Source: Pseudomonadota bacterium
GTDB lineage: Bacteria > Myxococcota_A > UBA796 > SXON01
Assembly (NCBI GenBank): GCA_039800105.1
Contig: JBDLRI010000078.1
Span: 6,469 to 70,468, forward strand
Reading direction: 5' to 3'
DNA length: 64,000 bases
Shown here: one piece after another, positions 36,764 through 45,077 of the stretch
Position numbering within the stretch: the stretch's first letter is position 1
Layout: the number at the start of each line of letters is the position of its first letter
Translations under genes and position numbers: made by a program
Notes under the pieces: model-generated
What the model was told of the DNA's origin: nothing
The model's database searches: none
Seen by the model: only the letters and a program-made list of their open reading frames with translations

Positions 36764-37666
36764 ATGCAGATGATCGAGGTCGAGGGCCTGACGAAGCGCT
36801 ACGGTGCGCTCGCGGCCATCACGAACGTTGGTTTTTCGGTCGCGGCCGGCGAGGTGGTGGGCTTCCTGGGGCCCAACGGCGCGGGCAAGAGCACGACGAT
36901 GCGCATCATCAGCGGCGCGCTCGGCGCCAGCGCGGGAAGCGCGCGCGTCGGAGGTCACGACGTGGCGGAGAATCCGCGCAAGGTCCAGCGGATCCTCGGC
37001 TATGCACCGGAGGTCCCGCCGGTGTACGGCACCATGACCGTCACCGATTTCGTGCGCTTCGCCGCCACGATCAAGGACGTCGACGATCCCGTGGCGGCCG
37101 CGTCCCGCGCCATCTCCCGGGTGGGGCTGGAGGGGGTGGCCCATCGCCTGGTGGACAACCTCTCCAAGGGCTACCGGCAGCGGGTCGGACTCGCGCAGGC
37201 GCTCGTGCACGACCCGAAGGTGCTCGTGCTGGACGAGCCGACCTCGGGCCTCGATCCCGCGCAGCGCGTGGAGATCCGGAACCTCATCGCGGAGCTGGCC
37301 GCGGGAGACCGGACGGTCATCCTCAGCACGCACGTGCTCGCCGAGATCGAGGCCATCTGCGCGCGGGTGGTGATCATCAACCGTGGCCGGATCGTGGCGC
37401 AGGACGACCTCTCGCGCCTGGGGAACCCGGGCCGGGTCGTGCGGCTCGAGTTGGCGCGCCGTGGCGACGCGGCGCTGGCCGCGCTGCGCGCCGTGCCCGG
37501 CGTCGTCTCCGTCGAGGAGGAGGGGGAGCGCTACGTCGTGCGCGGGGCCCGCGATCTGCGCGAGGACCTGGTCGCCGCCGCCGCGCCGTTCGGCCTGCTC
37601 GAGCTCAACGGGCGCGAGCGCCTCGAGGACATCTACCTGCAACTCACCGCCGGGAGTGCCGCATGA
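36764..37666 (+). CDS. ABC transporter ATP-binding protein (ABC-2/GldA-like)
   Basis: Walker A GPNGAGKST, signature LSKGYRQR, Walker B VLVLDEPTSGLD. AGGAG RBS before ATG 36764. Confidence 0.9.
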   Translation: MQMIEVEGLTKRYGALAAITNVGFSVAAGEVVGFLGPNGAGKSTTMRIISGALGASAGSARVGGHDVAENPRKVQRILGYAPEVPPVYGTMTVTDFVRFAATIKDVDDPVAAASRAISRVGLEGVAHRLVDNLSKGYRQRVGLAQALVHDPKVLVLDEPTSGLDPAQRVEIRNLIAELAAGDRTVILSTHVLAEIEAICARVVIINRGRIVAQDDLSRLGNPGRVVRLELARRGDAALAALRAVPGVVSVEEEGERYVVRGARDLREDLVAAAAPFGLLELNGRERLEDIYLQLTAGSAA

Positions 37667-38433
37667 ACGCCGTGCTCGCCATCGCGCGCCGGGAGACCGC
37701 CGCGTACTTCTCCACGCCGATCGGCTGGATCTGCCTGTGCGCGTTCGCCACGCTCACCGGCTTCTTCTTCTTCGTGATGCTGATGATGTACAGCGACTAC
37801 GCCGCCCAGGCGATGATGAGCCCGGGCCAGGCCGACCAGCTCAACGTCGATGACCTCATCGTCAGCCCCCTGTTCGACAACATGGCGGTCATCGCGCTGC
37901 TCATGTCGCCGGCGCTGACCATGCGCCTGTTCGCGGAGGACCGGAAGACCCGGGCGATGGATCTGCTGCTCACCTCTCCGGTGACGTCGTTCCAGGTGGT
38001 GATGGGCAAGTTCCTGGGCGCCATGGGTTTTGCCGGGGTGCTCGTCGCCAGCACGCTCCACTTCCCGGCGATCCTGGCCTGGCTCGGGGAGCCGGACCGC
38101 GGGATCCTCGTCGCGAACTACGTTTCCTTCCTGCTGCTGCTGGGCGCGTTCTTCGCGGTGGGCCTGCTGGCCAGCGCGCTCACCGAGAACCAGCTCGTGG
38201 CGCTCGTCGTGGCGTTCGGAGTCAACCTGCTGCTGTGGGTGCTGGGCTGGAGCGTCAGTAGCAGCGACGCGGGGCTTCTGAAGACGGTCGTCGAATCCCT
38301 CTCGATGGTCACGCACGCGCAGCGCCTCGGCAAGGGCCTCGTGCACGTGCAGGACGTCGTCTACTTCCTCTCCTTCATCGGCTTCTGCCTGTTCGCGACG
38401 ACGCAGCGGGTCGAGGCCCTCCGGTGGCGGTGA
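37663..38433 (+). CDS. ABC-2 type permease (GldF-like)
   Basis: ATGA overlap with the ATPase gene. MNAVLAIARRETAAYFSTPIGW start and six hydrophobic segments. Confidence 0.8.
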   Translation: MNAVLAIARRETAAYFSTPIGWICLCAFATLTGFFFFVMLMMYSDYAAQAMMSPGQADQLNVDDLIVSPLFDNMAVIALLMSPALTMRLFAEDRKTRAMDLLLTSPVTSFQVVMGKFLGAMGFAGVLVASTLHFPAILAWLGEPDRGILVANYVSFLLLLGAFFAVGLLASALTENQLVALVVAFGVNLLLWVLGWSVSSSDAGLLKTVVESLSMVTHAQRLGKGLVHVQDVVYFLSFIGFCLFATTQRVEALRWR

Positions 38434-38435
38434 GC

Positions 38436-40133
38436 ATGCGCGCGTATTCCTGGATCTCCGGTCTTTTCGGCCTTCTGCTGCTCGTGGTGTACGGCCTCGC
38501 GGCCTGGGCGCTCGGTGGCGACGCGTCGCTCGGGACCGCCGGCAGCGACGCGGGGGACGTGGCCATCGGCATGCCCGCGTGGGCGCACGGCGTGGGCGCC
38601 GCGGGCGCGGTCGGGGTGGGGATCTTCCTCGCCACGGGGTGGCGTCACCTGCGCGCGGCCACCGACGACCTGGGTGCGACGAAGACCACCACCGCCCTGT
38701 TCGCGGTGGTGCTCGCGCTGTCGGTCGCGGTGGTCCTCAACGTCATGGGCCAGCGCTGGGACGAACGCTGGGACCTCACCTCCACGCACCGCTACACGCT
38801 CTCCCCGCAGAGCGTGGAGATCGCGCGCAAGCTCGACCGGCAGGTGGAGATCATCGCCTTCTTCACCGCCGGCTCGCCCGAGGAGACGAACTTCCGCGAC
38901 CTCCTGGACAACTACACGCGCGAGACGACGCTCCTGAAGGTGGAGTTCCACGATCCGTACAGCGATCCGCTGCTGGCGGAGCAGTTCAAGCTCACCAGCA
39001 CGGCGGGGACGGTGATCCTCAAGGCCGGCGACCGTGAGCAGCGCCTGGAGTACACCTTCGACGAGGAAGCCGTCACCAACGCGCTCGTGAAGGCCACCTC
39101 GGACGCGCAGCACGTGCTGTGCGCCGTCGAGGGCCACGGCGAGCGCGCCGCGCGGGACGACCAGTCGCCCACGGGCCTCGGCGTGGCGGTCACCAAGCTC
39201 GAGGGGCAGAACTACACGGTGAAGACGATCTCGCTGACCACGGCGCCCCCGGCGCCCTCGGAGTGCGCGGTCGTGCTGGTGGCGGCCCCGGAGGGCGAGC
39301 TGCTCGCGCCGGAGCGTGATCGCCTGGCTGCCTACGTCGCGGCGGGCGGCAAGCTGGTGGTGCTGGTCGAGCCGCTGGTCACCCCGGAGTTCGCCGCGGA
39401 CCTGTCCCGCTACGGCGTGAAGGTGGGCGCGGACGTCGTGGTGGAGGCGGACCCCAACCGGCAGGTCGCCGGCGGGGACCCCACGTTCGTGCTCCTGACC
39501 GAGGACAGCTGGGACATCCACCCGATCACGCAGTCGATGAAGAGCGGCGTCATCTTCCGCACGGCGCGCAGCGTCGGCAAGGCCGAGGACGCGGCGTGGC
39601 GCACGGTGCAGGTCCTTGCGCACGCCAGCGAGTCGAGCTGGGCCGAGACGTCCGTGACCGACGGGCGGGTCGTGGCCAACCCCGACGAGGGCGTGGACGT
39701 GATCGGAAAGGTGCCGTTGGCCATCGCGGTCGAGGTGACCGATCCCGCGCAGCTCCGCACCACCTCTGCGCCGATGGAGCTCGCCTCGGCCGCGGGGGCG
39801 GGTCCTGCGGTCGAGCTCGCCGCGTCCGCGACCCGGGATCCGGTATCGCTGCCGGTCGCCCCGGGCGGCAAGGTGGTCGTCATCGGGGACGCGGACTTCG
39901 CCAGCAACCAGATGGTCCTCGCCGGCGTGAACCAGGACCTGCTCCTCAACAGCGTGGCCTGGATGGTCGGCGAGGGCGAGCAGATCGGCATCCGCGCGAA
40001 CGAGGCCGGCAAGGGGAAGCTCACGCTGGACCTGGTGTCGCTGTTCCTCGCCGGGGTGGTGGCGCTCGTGGCGGTGCCCGGGCTCACCATCGCCGGAGCC
40101 ATCGGCACGTGGCTGGTGCGTCGGAAGCTCTGA
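38436..40133 (+). CDS. GldG-family ABC-transporter accessory protein
   Basis: N- and C-terminal TM anchors. YTLSPQSVEIARKLDRQVEIIAFF... and VVVIGDADFASNQ motifs typical of GldG / 'ABC-type uncharacterized transport system'. Confidence 0.75.
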   Translation: MRAYSWISGLFGLLLLVVYGLAAWALGGDASLGTAGSDAGDVAIGMPAWAHGVGAAGAVGVGIFLATGWRHLRAATDDLGATKTTTALFAVVLALSVAVVLNVMGQRWDERWDLTSTHRYTLSPQSVEIARKLDRQVEIIAFFTAGSPEETNFRDLLDNYTRETTLLKVEFHDPYSDPLLAEQFKLTSTAGTVILKAGDREQRLEYTFDEEAVTNALVKATSDAQHVLCAVEGHGERAARDDQSPTGLGVAVTKLEGQNYTVKTISLTTAPPAPSECAVVLVAAPEGELLAPERDRLAAYVAAGGKLVVLVEPLVTPEFAADLSRYGVKVGADVVVEADPNRQVAGGDPTFVLLTEDSWDIHPITQSMKSGVIFRTARSVGKAEDAAWRTVQVLAHASESSWAETSVTDGRVVANPDEGVDVIGKVPLAIAVEVTDPAQLRTTSAPMELASAAGAGPAVELAASATRDPVSLPVAPGGKVVVIGDADFASNQMVLAGVNQDLLLNSVAWMVGEGEQIGIRANEAGKGKLTLDLVSLFLAGVVALVAVPGLTIAGAIGTWLVRRKL

Positions 40134-40150
40134 TGCGGTAGCGTGCCGGC

Positions 40151-40630
40151 ATGGACATCTACGAGACCGCCGTCGCCGTCGAGCTGGAATGCGCCGCCCT
40201 CTACGAGGTGTTCGGGCGGCGTTTCTCCCACGATCCCGAACTGGTCTACTTCTGGCGCCTCTACGCCGAGGCCGAGCGGTACCACGGGGCCACGCTGCGC
40301 CTGCACCGCGCGGCCTTCGTGCCGGAGCTCGACACGTCCGCGCTCCCGGCGGGACACGACGACCTGCGCGCGCTGCTCGCGGAGGTCCGCGGTCTGCGGG
40401 AGCGGTGGGAGCGCACGGCGCCCTCGCTCGGGGAGGCGCTCGATGCCGCGCAGCGCATCGAGGAGACGACGGCCGAGGTGCATGGCCGCACACAGTTCTT
40501 CCGTGGGCTCCCCGGCTACGAGGACGTCCTCGAGAAGATGGTGGAGGAGGACCGCGCGCACCGCGAGGTCCTGGCGGCCGCGCACGCGCGCTTCCTGCGT
40601 ACGGACTCGTCGGCGTCGCGATCGGTCTGA
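40151..40630 (+). CDS. ferritin/rubrerythrin-like four-helix protein (tentative)
   Basis: 159 aa, helical. AVELECAALYE and YAEAERYH (ExxH), with EETTAEVH in the second half. Good GC3. Confidence 0.45.
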   Translation: MDIYETAVAVELECAALYEVFGRRFSHDPELVYFWRLYAEAERYHGATLRLHRAAFVPELDTSALPAGHDDLRALLAEVRGLRERWERTAPSLGEALDAAQRIEETTAEVHGRTQFFRGLPGYEDVLEKMVEEDRAHREVLAAAHARFLRTDSSASRSV

Positions 40631-40690
40631 TCGTACCGGCGACGCGCGGGCGTCCGCCTGCTACAATCCGGGCCGCTTCACGAGGTCGAC

Positions 40691-42961
40691 ATGCACGTGG
40701 TCCAACTCCTCACCCTGCTGCTCGGGTGCAGCAACGACGTCGCCGGCAAGCCGGACGGTCCCACCTTCGAGCAGGACACGGGCACGGCGCCGGTCGACAG
40801 CGGCCCCGTCGTGGACGACACCTGCGACACGCCGCCGTCCGGCGGCACCACGTCGCGCGACACGAACTGCATGTACGCGCCCTCGGCGGGCGGCGCCTTC
40901 TCGCCGCGCGTGGAATGGTCCATGGCGCACGCCGTGGTGGACCCCGCCACCGGCGCGGCCATCCCGGCCTACGACTTCTCCTACGCGCCGGAGATGACCG
41001 GTGTCTTCCAGGCACCCGCGGTCGGTCAGGCGACGGATGACAACGGAAACGGCCAGATCACGTCCGGCGACATCCCGGACATCGCCGTGCTGATGGGCGT
41101 GGAGCCGGAGACCGAGATCGCCGACGTGCTCGGGGTCACCGAGGCCCGGACGTGGTCCGTGCTGCGGCTGCTCTCGGGAGACGGCCGAAAGGTCCACGCG
41201 TCGATCGACTGGCTCCCGTGGGCGGACGACGTGGTGGCGCCGTTCCTCTACGCCGGCGTGGCCATGGCGGACGTGGACGCCGACGGCCGCATGGAGATCG
41301 CGACCCTGGTCACCCGCTTCTCCGACGGCACGTGCTCCCCCGGCCTGTACGAGGTCGCCTGGAACGGGGACGTGACGCTCGAGAGCGTCGGGGACACCGC
41401 CGTGTGGTGCCAGCAGGGCACGGGATGGGACGGCTACCGCGGCGCCCACGCGCCCGCGCTCGCCGATCTCGACGGGGACGGCGTGGTCGAGGTCATCTTC
41501 GGGCGCCAGGTCTTCGAGGCGGACACGCTCGCGCTCGCCTGGGCCGGCACGGCGGGCCGCGGCAACTACAACACGCTGGAGCACGGGTCGTCCGGCTACT
41601 GGAACTCGGGCTACCACTCCTTCGCCTACGACATGGACGGGGACGGCGTGGACATGGAGGTCGTCGCCGGCCGTACCGTGTACCGCAACGACGGCACCGT
41701 CTACTGCGAGCTCGGCCGCAACGGATCGGGGGGCTGGGTCGCCGCCGAGGACGGCTACGCCGCGGTCGCCGACTTCGCGCGGTTCTCCGGAGACATGCTC
41801 GGAGAGCCGGAGATCGTCATCACCGGGAACCAGTACGTGAGCGTCTACCGCGGGAAGCCGGACGCGAACGGGCGGTGCGCGGAGTTCGGGCGGGTGGCCA
41901 ACAACCCCTACGCCACCTCGCTCGGCAACCAGCTTCCGGACCACCCCAACTGCAACACCTCGCGCAAGGCCTTCGGTGGCCAGCCGACCATCGCCGACTT
42001 CAGCGGCGACGGCACGCGGGACGTCGCGGTGTCCGGCGCGTGCTGGTACACGGTGTTCGACGTCACGGCGAGCGGTCTGACGCCGTACGCGATCGCGCCG
42101 ACGCGCGACTGGTCGAGCGCGTCGACGGGCTCGACCGTGTTCGACTTCAACGGGGACGGTGTGAACGAGATCGTCTACGCGGACGAGGAAGCGCTTCGCG
42201 TGTGGCAGATCGACACCACGGCCGGCCTGGACCCCTGGGAGCGTCTCCAGGCGGTGCTCACCGACACCAACCACGGCTCGTGGACGATCCACGAGTACCC
42301 GCTGGTGGCGGACCTCGACGGGGACGGCAAGGCGGAGATCCTCGTGGCGAACGCGCCGCGTTGGGACGCCACCACGTCCAGCGTGTACACGGAGTACGGG
42401 CTGTACGCGCTCGGCGCCGCCGATGACGATTGGGTCAGCGCGCGCCAGGCCTGGAACCAGCACGCCTACTACGTGACCAACGTCGAGGACGACGGCACCG
42501 TCGGCTACGGGCTTCCGAACTACGCGCCGTTCTCGACCTCGAACCTGAACTCGTTCCGGCTCCAGGCCCCCGGTGCCTACGGCTCCAAGGTGGCACCGGA
42601 CCTGGTGGCGACGGCCGAGACCTGCCGGGCCGACTGCGACTCGCCGCTGCAGGTGTGGGTGAGCGTGGCGAACCAGGGTGCCTACGTGACGGCGGGCTCC
42701 GGGACGAAGGTGAGCCTCTACGGCGAGCAGGGCAACACCCGGACGCTGATCGGCAGCCAGGACCTCCCGCGCGACGCCACCCCCGGGGACATCCTTCCGG
42801 CCCTGGTGTTCGAGGTGACCGACCCCGCGCGCTTCGACCGCCTCGTCGCGGTGGTGGACGACCCCGCCGCCGGCAGCGGCAGCGACGCCTGGGGCAGCGC
42901 CAAGGAGTGCGACGAGGGCAACAACGAGGTCGTCGTCAGCCTCTCCACCGACTGTCCGTAG
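40691..42961 (+). CDS. FG-GAP/VCBS-repeat lipoprotein with C-terminal CARDB-like domain (paralog 1)
   Basis: GAGG RBS and lipobox LLTLLLGCS. Repeats ADVDADGRMEIA, ADLDGDGVVEVIFG, YDMDGDGVDMEVV, ADFSGDGTRDV, FDFNGDGVNEIVY, ADLDGDGKAEILV. WNQHAYYVTNV motif; ends KECDEGNNEVVVSLSTDCP. Confidence 0.85.
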   Translation: MHVVQLLTLLLGCSNDVAGKPDGPTFEQDTGTAPVDSGPVVDDTCDTPPSGGTTSRDTNCMYAPSAGGAFSPRVEWSMAHAVVDPATGAAIPAYDFSYAPEMTGVFQAPAVGQATDDNGNGQITSGDIPDIAVLMGVEPETEIADVLGVTEARTWSVLRLLSGDGRKVHASIDWLPWADDVVAPFLYAGVAMADVDADGRMEIATLVTRFSDGTCSPGLYEVAWNGDVTLESVGDTAVWCQQGTGWDGYRGAHAPALADLDGDGVVEVIFGRQVFEADTLALAWAGTAGRGNYNTLEHGSSGYWNSGYHSFAYDMDGDGVDMEVVAGRTVYRNDGTVYCELGRNGSGGWVAAEDGYAAVADFARFSGDMLGEPEIVITGNQYVSVYRGKPDANGRCAEFGRVANNPYATSLGNQLPDHPNCNTSRKAFGGQPTIADFSGDGTRDVAVSGACWYTVFDVTASGLTPYAIAPTRDWSSASTGSTVFDFNGDGVNEIVYADEEALRVWQIDTTAGLDPWERLQAVLTDTNHGSWTIHEYPLVADLDGDGKAEILVANAPRWDATTSSVYTEYGLYALGAADDDWVSARQAWNQHAYYVTNVEDDGTVGYGLPNYAPFSTSNLNSFRLQAPGAYGSKVAPDLVATAETCRADCDSPLQVWVSVANQGAYVTAGSGTKVSLYGEQGNTRTLIGSQDLPRDATPGDILPALVFEVTDPARFDRLVAVVDDPAAGSGSDAWGSAKECDEGNNEVVVSLSTDCP

Positions 42962-42970
42962 CGGGGCGCG

Positions 42971-43016
42971 TGGGGCGGGGGGCTACCCACCCCCCTCGCG
43001 GCCGCCGCCGGGCGTC
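42971..43016 (-). repeat. G/C hairpin repeat, truncated copy I (5' module only)
   Basis: TGGGGCGGGGGGCTACCCACCCCCCTCGCGGCCGCCGCCGGGCGTC matches the first 46 nt of copy E apart from the loop. Confidence 0.75.
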
Positions 43017-43064
43017 ACCTTGACGAGCACGCGCCCGGTGTCCACGTTCCCGTCGGAGGCGAAC

Positions 43065-43505
43065 GTGTCCGACACCCACCACTACCTCTGCCCCGCGTGC
43101 GGCCAGTGGAACCGCGTGCCCGCGGCGCGGGCCGGGGAGGGGCCGCAGTGCGGCAGATGCCGTGCGTCCCTGCCGTCGGACACCGCGCCCGTGGAGCTGG
43201 ATGCGGCGCGCTTCGAGGCCGTGACGGCGCGCGCCCCGGTGCCGGTGCTGGTGGACCTTTGGGCGCCCTGGTGCGGGCCCTGCCGCGCGATGGCGCCGGT
43301 GCTGGCCGAGCTGGCGCGGCGTCGCCGTGGCGAGGTGCTGGTGACGAAGCTCAACACCGACGAACACGGGCACGTGGCCCAACGCCTGCAGGTGCAGGGC
43401 ATCCCCACGCTGCTGCTCTACCGCGGCGGGGCGCTCGTCCAGCGGGCCACCGGCGCCATGCCGCTGGCGCAGCTGGAACAGTGGCTCGCGGCGTCGGGCG
43501 TGTAG
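43065..43505 (+). CDS. trxC: thioredoxin 2 (zinc-finger thioredoxin)
   Basis: GTG 43065 with GGAGG at 5-nt spacing. N-terminal CPAC...CGRC zinc finger and active site WAPWCGPC. The TTG 43020 of the track ORF is less likely. Confidence 0.85.
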   Translation: MSDTHHYLCPACGQWNRVPAARAGEGPQCGRCRASLPSDTAPVELDAARFEAVTARAPVPVLVDLWAPWCGPCRAMAPVLAELARRRRGEVLVTKLNTDEHGHVAQRLQVQGIPTLLLYRGGALVQRATGAMPLAQLEQWLAASGV

Positions 43506-43535
43506 TCCGGACGGTGCGTGCGCGCCCGGGAGTCC

Positions 43536-44801
43536 TCAGCGACGCCTCGGGCCCTTTCCGGATGGCCGTGCGGAGGCGGTGCCTGCCCGTGTCCCCGGTC
43601 GCTTCGCCGTGGCCCCGCCCGCCGTCCCGCGCCCGGCCGAGGGCTCCGCTCCCACGCGCCCCCCGCCGCCGGCCACGGCCTTCGGCTCCACGTCCTCCGG
43701 GTAGATCTCCGCGACGCGGTTGCGGAAGCTCGCGAAGGTGCCGTCGAGGATGCTCTGGCGCATCTCTCCCATGAACCGCGCGAAGAAGGCGATGTTGTGG
43801 ATCGTGGAGAGCGTGGCGCCGAGTACCTCCCCGACCTTGAACAGGTGGTGGAGGTAGGCCCGCGAGAAGTTCGAGCAGGTGTAGCAGCGGCAGCTGGTGT
43901 CGACCGCGTACATGTCCTTGCGGTAGCGGCTGTCGGTCACCCGCATGCGCCCGACGCTCGTGTAGAGCGTGCCGCTGCGGGCGTGCCGCGTGGCGATCAC
44001 GCAGTCGAACATGTCCACGCCGCGCGCCACGCCCTCCACGAGATCGAGCGGGCGGCCGACCCCCATCAGGTAGCGCGCGTGGCTGCGGCTCATGTGGGGC
44101 GTGGTCATGTCCAGCACGTCACACATGACGCGGTGGCCCTCCCCGACGGACAGCCCGCCGATGGCGTAGCCGTCGAAGCCGATCTCCTGGATCTCCTCGG
44201 CGGAGCGCTTGCGCAGGTCGGCCCAGAAGCCGCCCTGAACGATGCCGAAGAGCGCCTGGTCCTCCCGGGTGTGGGCGGCCTTGCTGCGCCGCTCCCACCG
44301 CGTCGTTCGCGCCACGCTGCGCTCGGCGTAGGCGCGGTCCGCGCCGAACGGCAGGCACTCGTCGAACACCATGGCGATGTCGGCGCCGAGGTCCTGCTGG
44401 ATCTGCATGGAGCGCTCGGCGGTGAGGAAGGTGCCCTGCCCGTCCACCTCGTAGGTGAAGCGGACGCCCTCCTCGCTCACCTCCTTCTTGTCGAGCGAGA
44501 AGACCTGGAAGCCGCCGGAGTCCGTGAGGATCGGCAGCTCCGTGTGCATGAAGCGGTGCAGGCCGCCGGCCTTCTTCACCACGTCCTCCCCCGGGCGCTG
44601 GGAGAGGTGGTAGGTGTTCGCCAGGATCACCTGCGCGCCGGTCGCCGGCAGCATGTCGGGCGGCACCGTGCGGATGGCCGCCTGCGTGCCGACGGGCATG
44701 AACACGGGGGTTCGGATCGTCGCGCGGCGCAGCGTGAGCGTCCCGGCGCGCGCGCCGCACGGATCCTCCGCCAGCAGCTGGAACGGTGCGGGGCAGGTCA
44801 T
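43536..44801 (-). CDS. tgt: queuine tRNA-ribosyltransferase with Gly/Arg-rich C-terminal tail
   Basis: TPVFMPVGTQA, ILANTYHL, LTDSGGFQV, GIVQGG, YAIGGLSVGE and zinc motif CRCYTC...H. ATG 44801 inside ORF 43536..47474. Confidence 0.92.
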   Translation of the reverse strand: MTCPAPFQLLAEDPCGARAGTLTLRRATIRTPVFMPVGTQAAIRTVPPDMLPATGAQVILANTYHLSQRPGEDVVKKAGGLHRFMHTELPILTDSGGFQVFSLDKKEVSEEGVRFTYEVDGQGTFLTAERSMQIQQDLGADIAMVFDECLPFGADRAYAERSVARTTRWERRSKAAHTREDQALFGIVQGGFWADLRKRSAEEIQEIGFDGYAIGGLSVGEGHRVMCDVLDMTTPHMSRSHARYLMGVGRPLDLVEGVARGVDMFDCVIATRHARSGTLYTSVGRMRVTDSRYRKDMYAVDTSCRCYTCSNFSRAYLHHLFKVGEVLGATLSTIHNIAFFARFMGEMRQSILDGTFASFRNRVAEIYPEDVEPKAVAGGGGRVGAEPSAGRGTAGGATAKRPGTRAGTASARPSGKGPRRR

Positions 44802-44867
44802 GCGCTCTCCTCGCGCGGGACCTATCGCGCCGGGACCGTCATCGTCGCGGGTCTTCGGCGCACGTGC

Positions 44868-44960
44868 GGGGGGCGTTGCGGGCACGGCGCCGCGGTTGGC
44901 CCCGCCCGGAGGCCGACGCCCGGCGGCGGCCGCGAGGGGGGCGGCCGGCCCCCCGCCCCA
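44868..44960 (+). repeat. G/C hairpin repeat, 93-bp intermediate form, copy F
   Basis: Reverse complement of copy E with an ~84-bp internal deletion. Both flanks are near-identical (GGGGCGTTGCGGGCACG.CGCCGCGGTTGGCCCCG ... CCCGGAGGCCGACGCCCGGCGGCGGCCGCGAGGGGG). Confidence 0.8.
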
Positions 44961-45004
44961 AGGGCAACGGGGCGTCCAAGGAGCGTCAAGTTGCGCCCCT
45001 CGCG

Positions 45005-45034
45005 TTGCGCGACGCGGGCCCGCCGGTCTATGCT
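45005..45034 (+). promoter_or_regulatory. candidate sigma70-type promoter of the pseudokinase-PP2C gene
   Basis: TTGCGC (45005-45010), 18-nt spacer, TATGCT (45029-45034), 44 nt upstream of ATG 45078. Confidence 0.3.
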
Positions 45035-45077
45035 TTGGCGGTTCACCCACCTCCGTCCGGACGAGGACTCCCCACGC

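Noticed and set aside
36764-40133. GldA/GldF/GldG-like genes as evidence of a gliding-motility apparatus
   Set aside because: The names derive from Bacteroidota. The trio is a widespread ABC-2 exporter architecture, and nothing else motility-specific is adjacent, so I annotated it only as an ABC-2 system.
43536-44801. Tgt as a DpdA-like DNA-modification (defence) enzyme
   Set aside because: It has the full canonical bacterial queuine tRNA-ribosyltransferase motif set, including the CxCxxC...H zinc site. No dpd/queC-like or helicase/nuclease neighbours are present.
45030-45032. Upstream ATG as the start of the pseudokinase-PP2C gene
   Set aside because: It lies inside the candidate -10 hexamer (TATGCT, 45029-45034) and has no RBS. 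ATG 45078 is preferred, though this is not proven.
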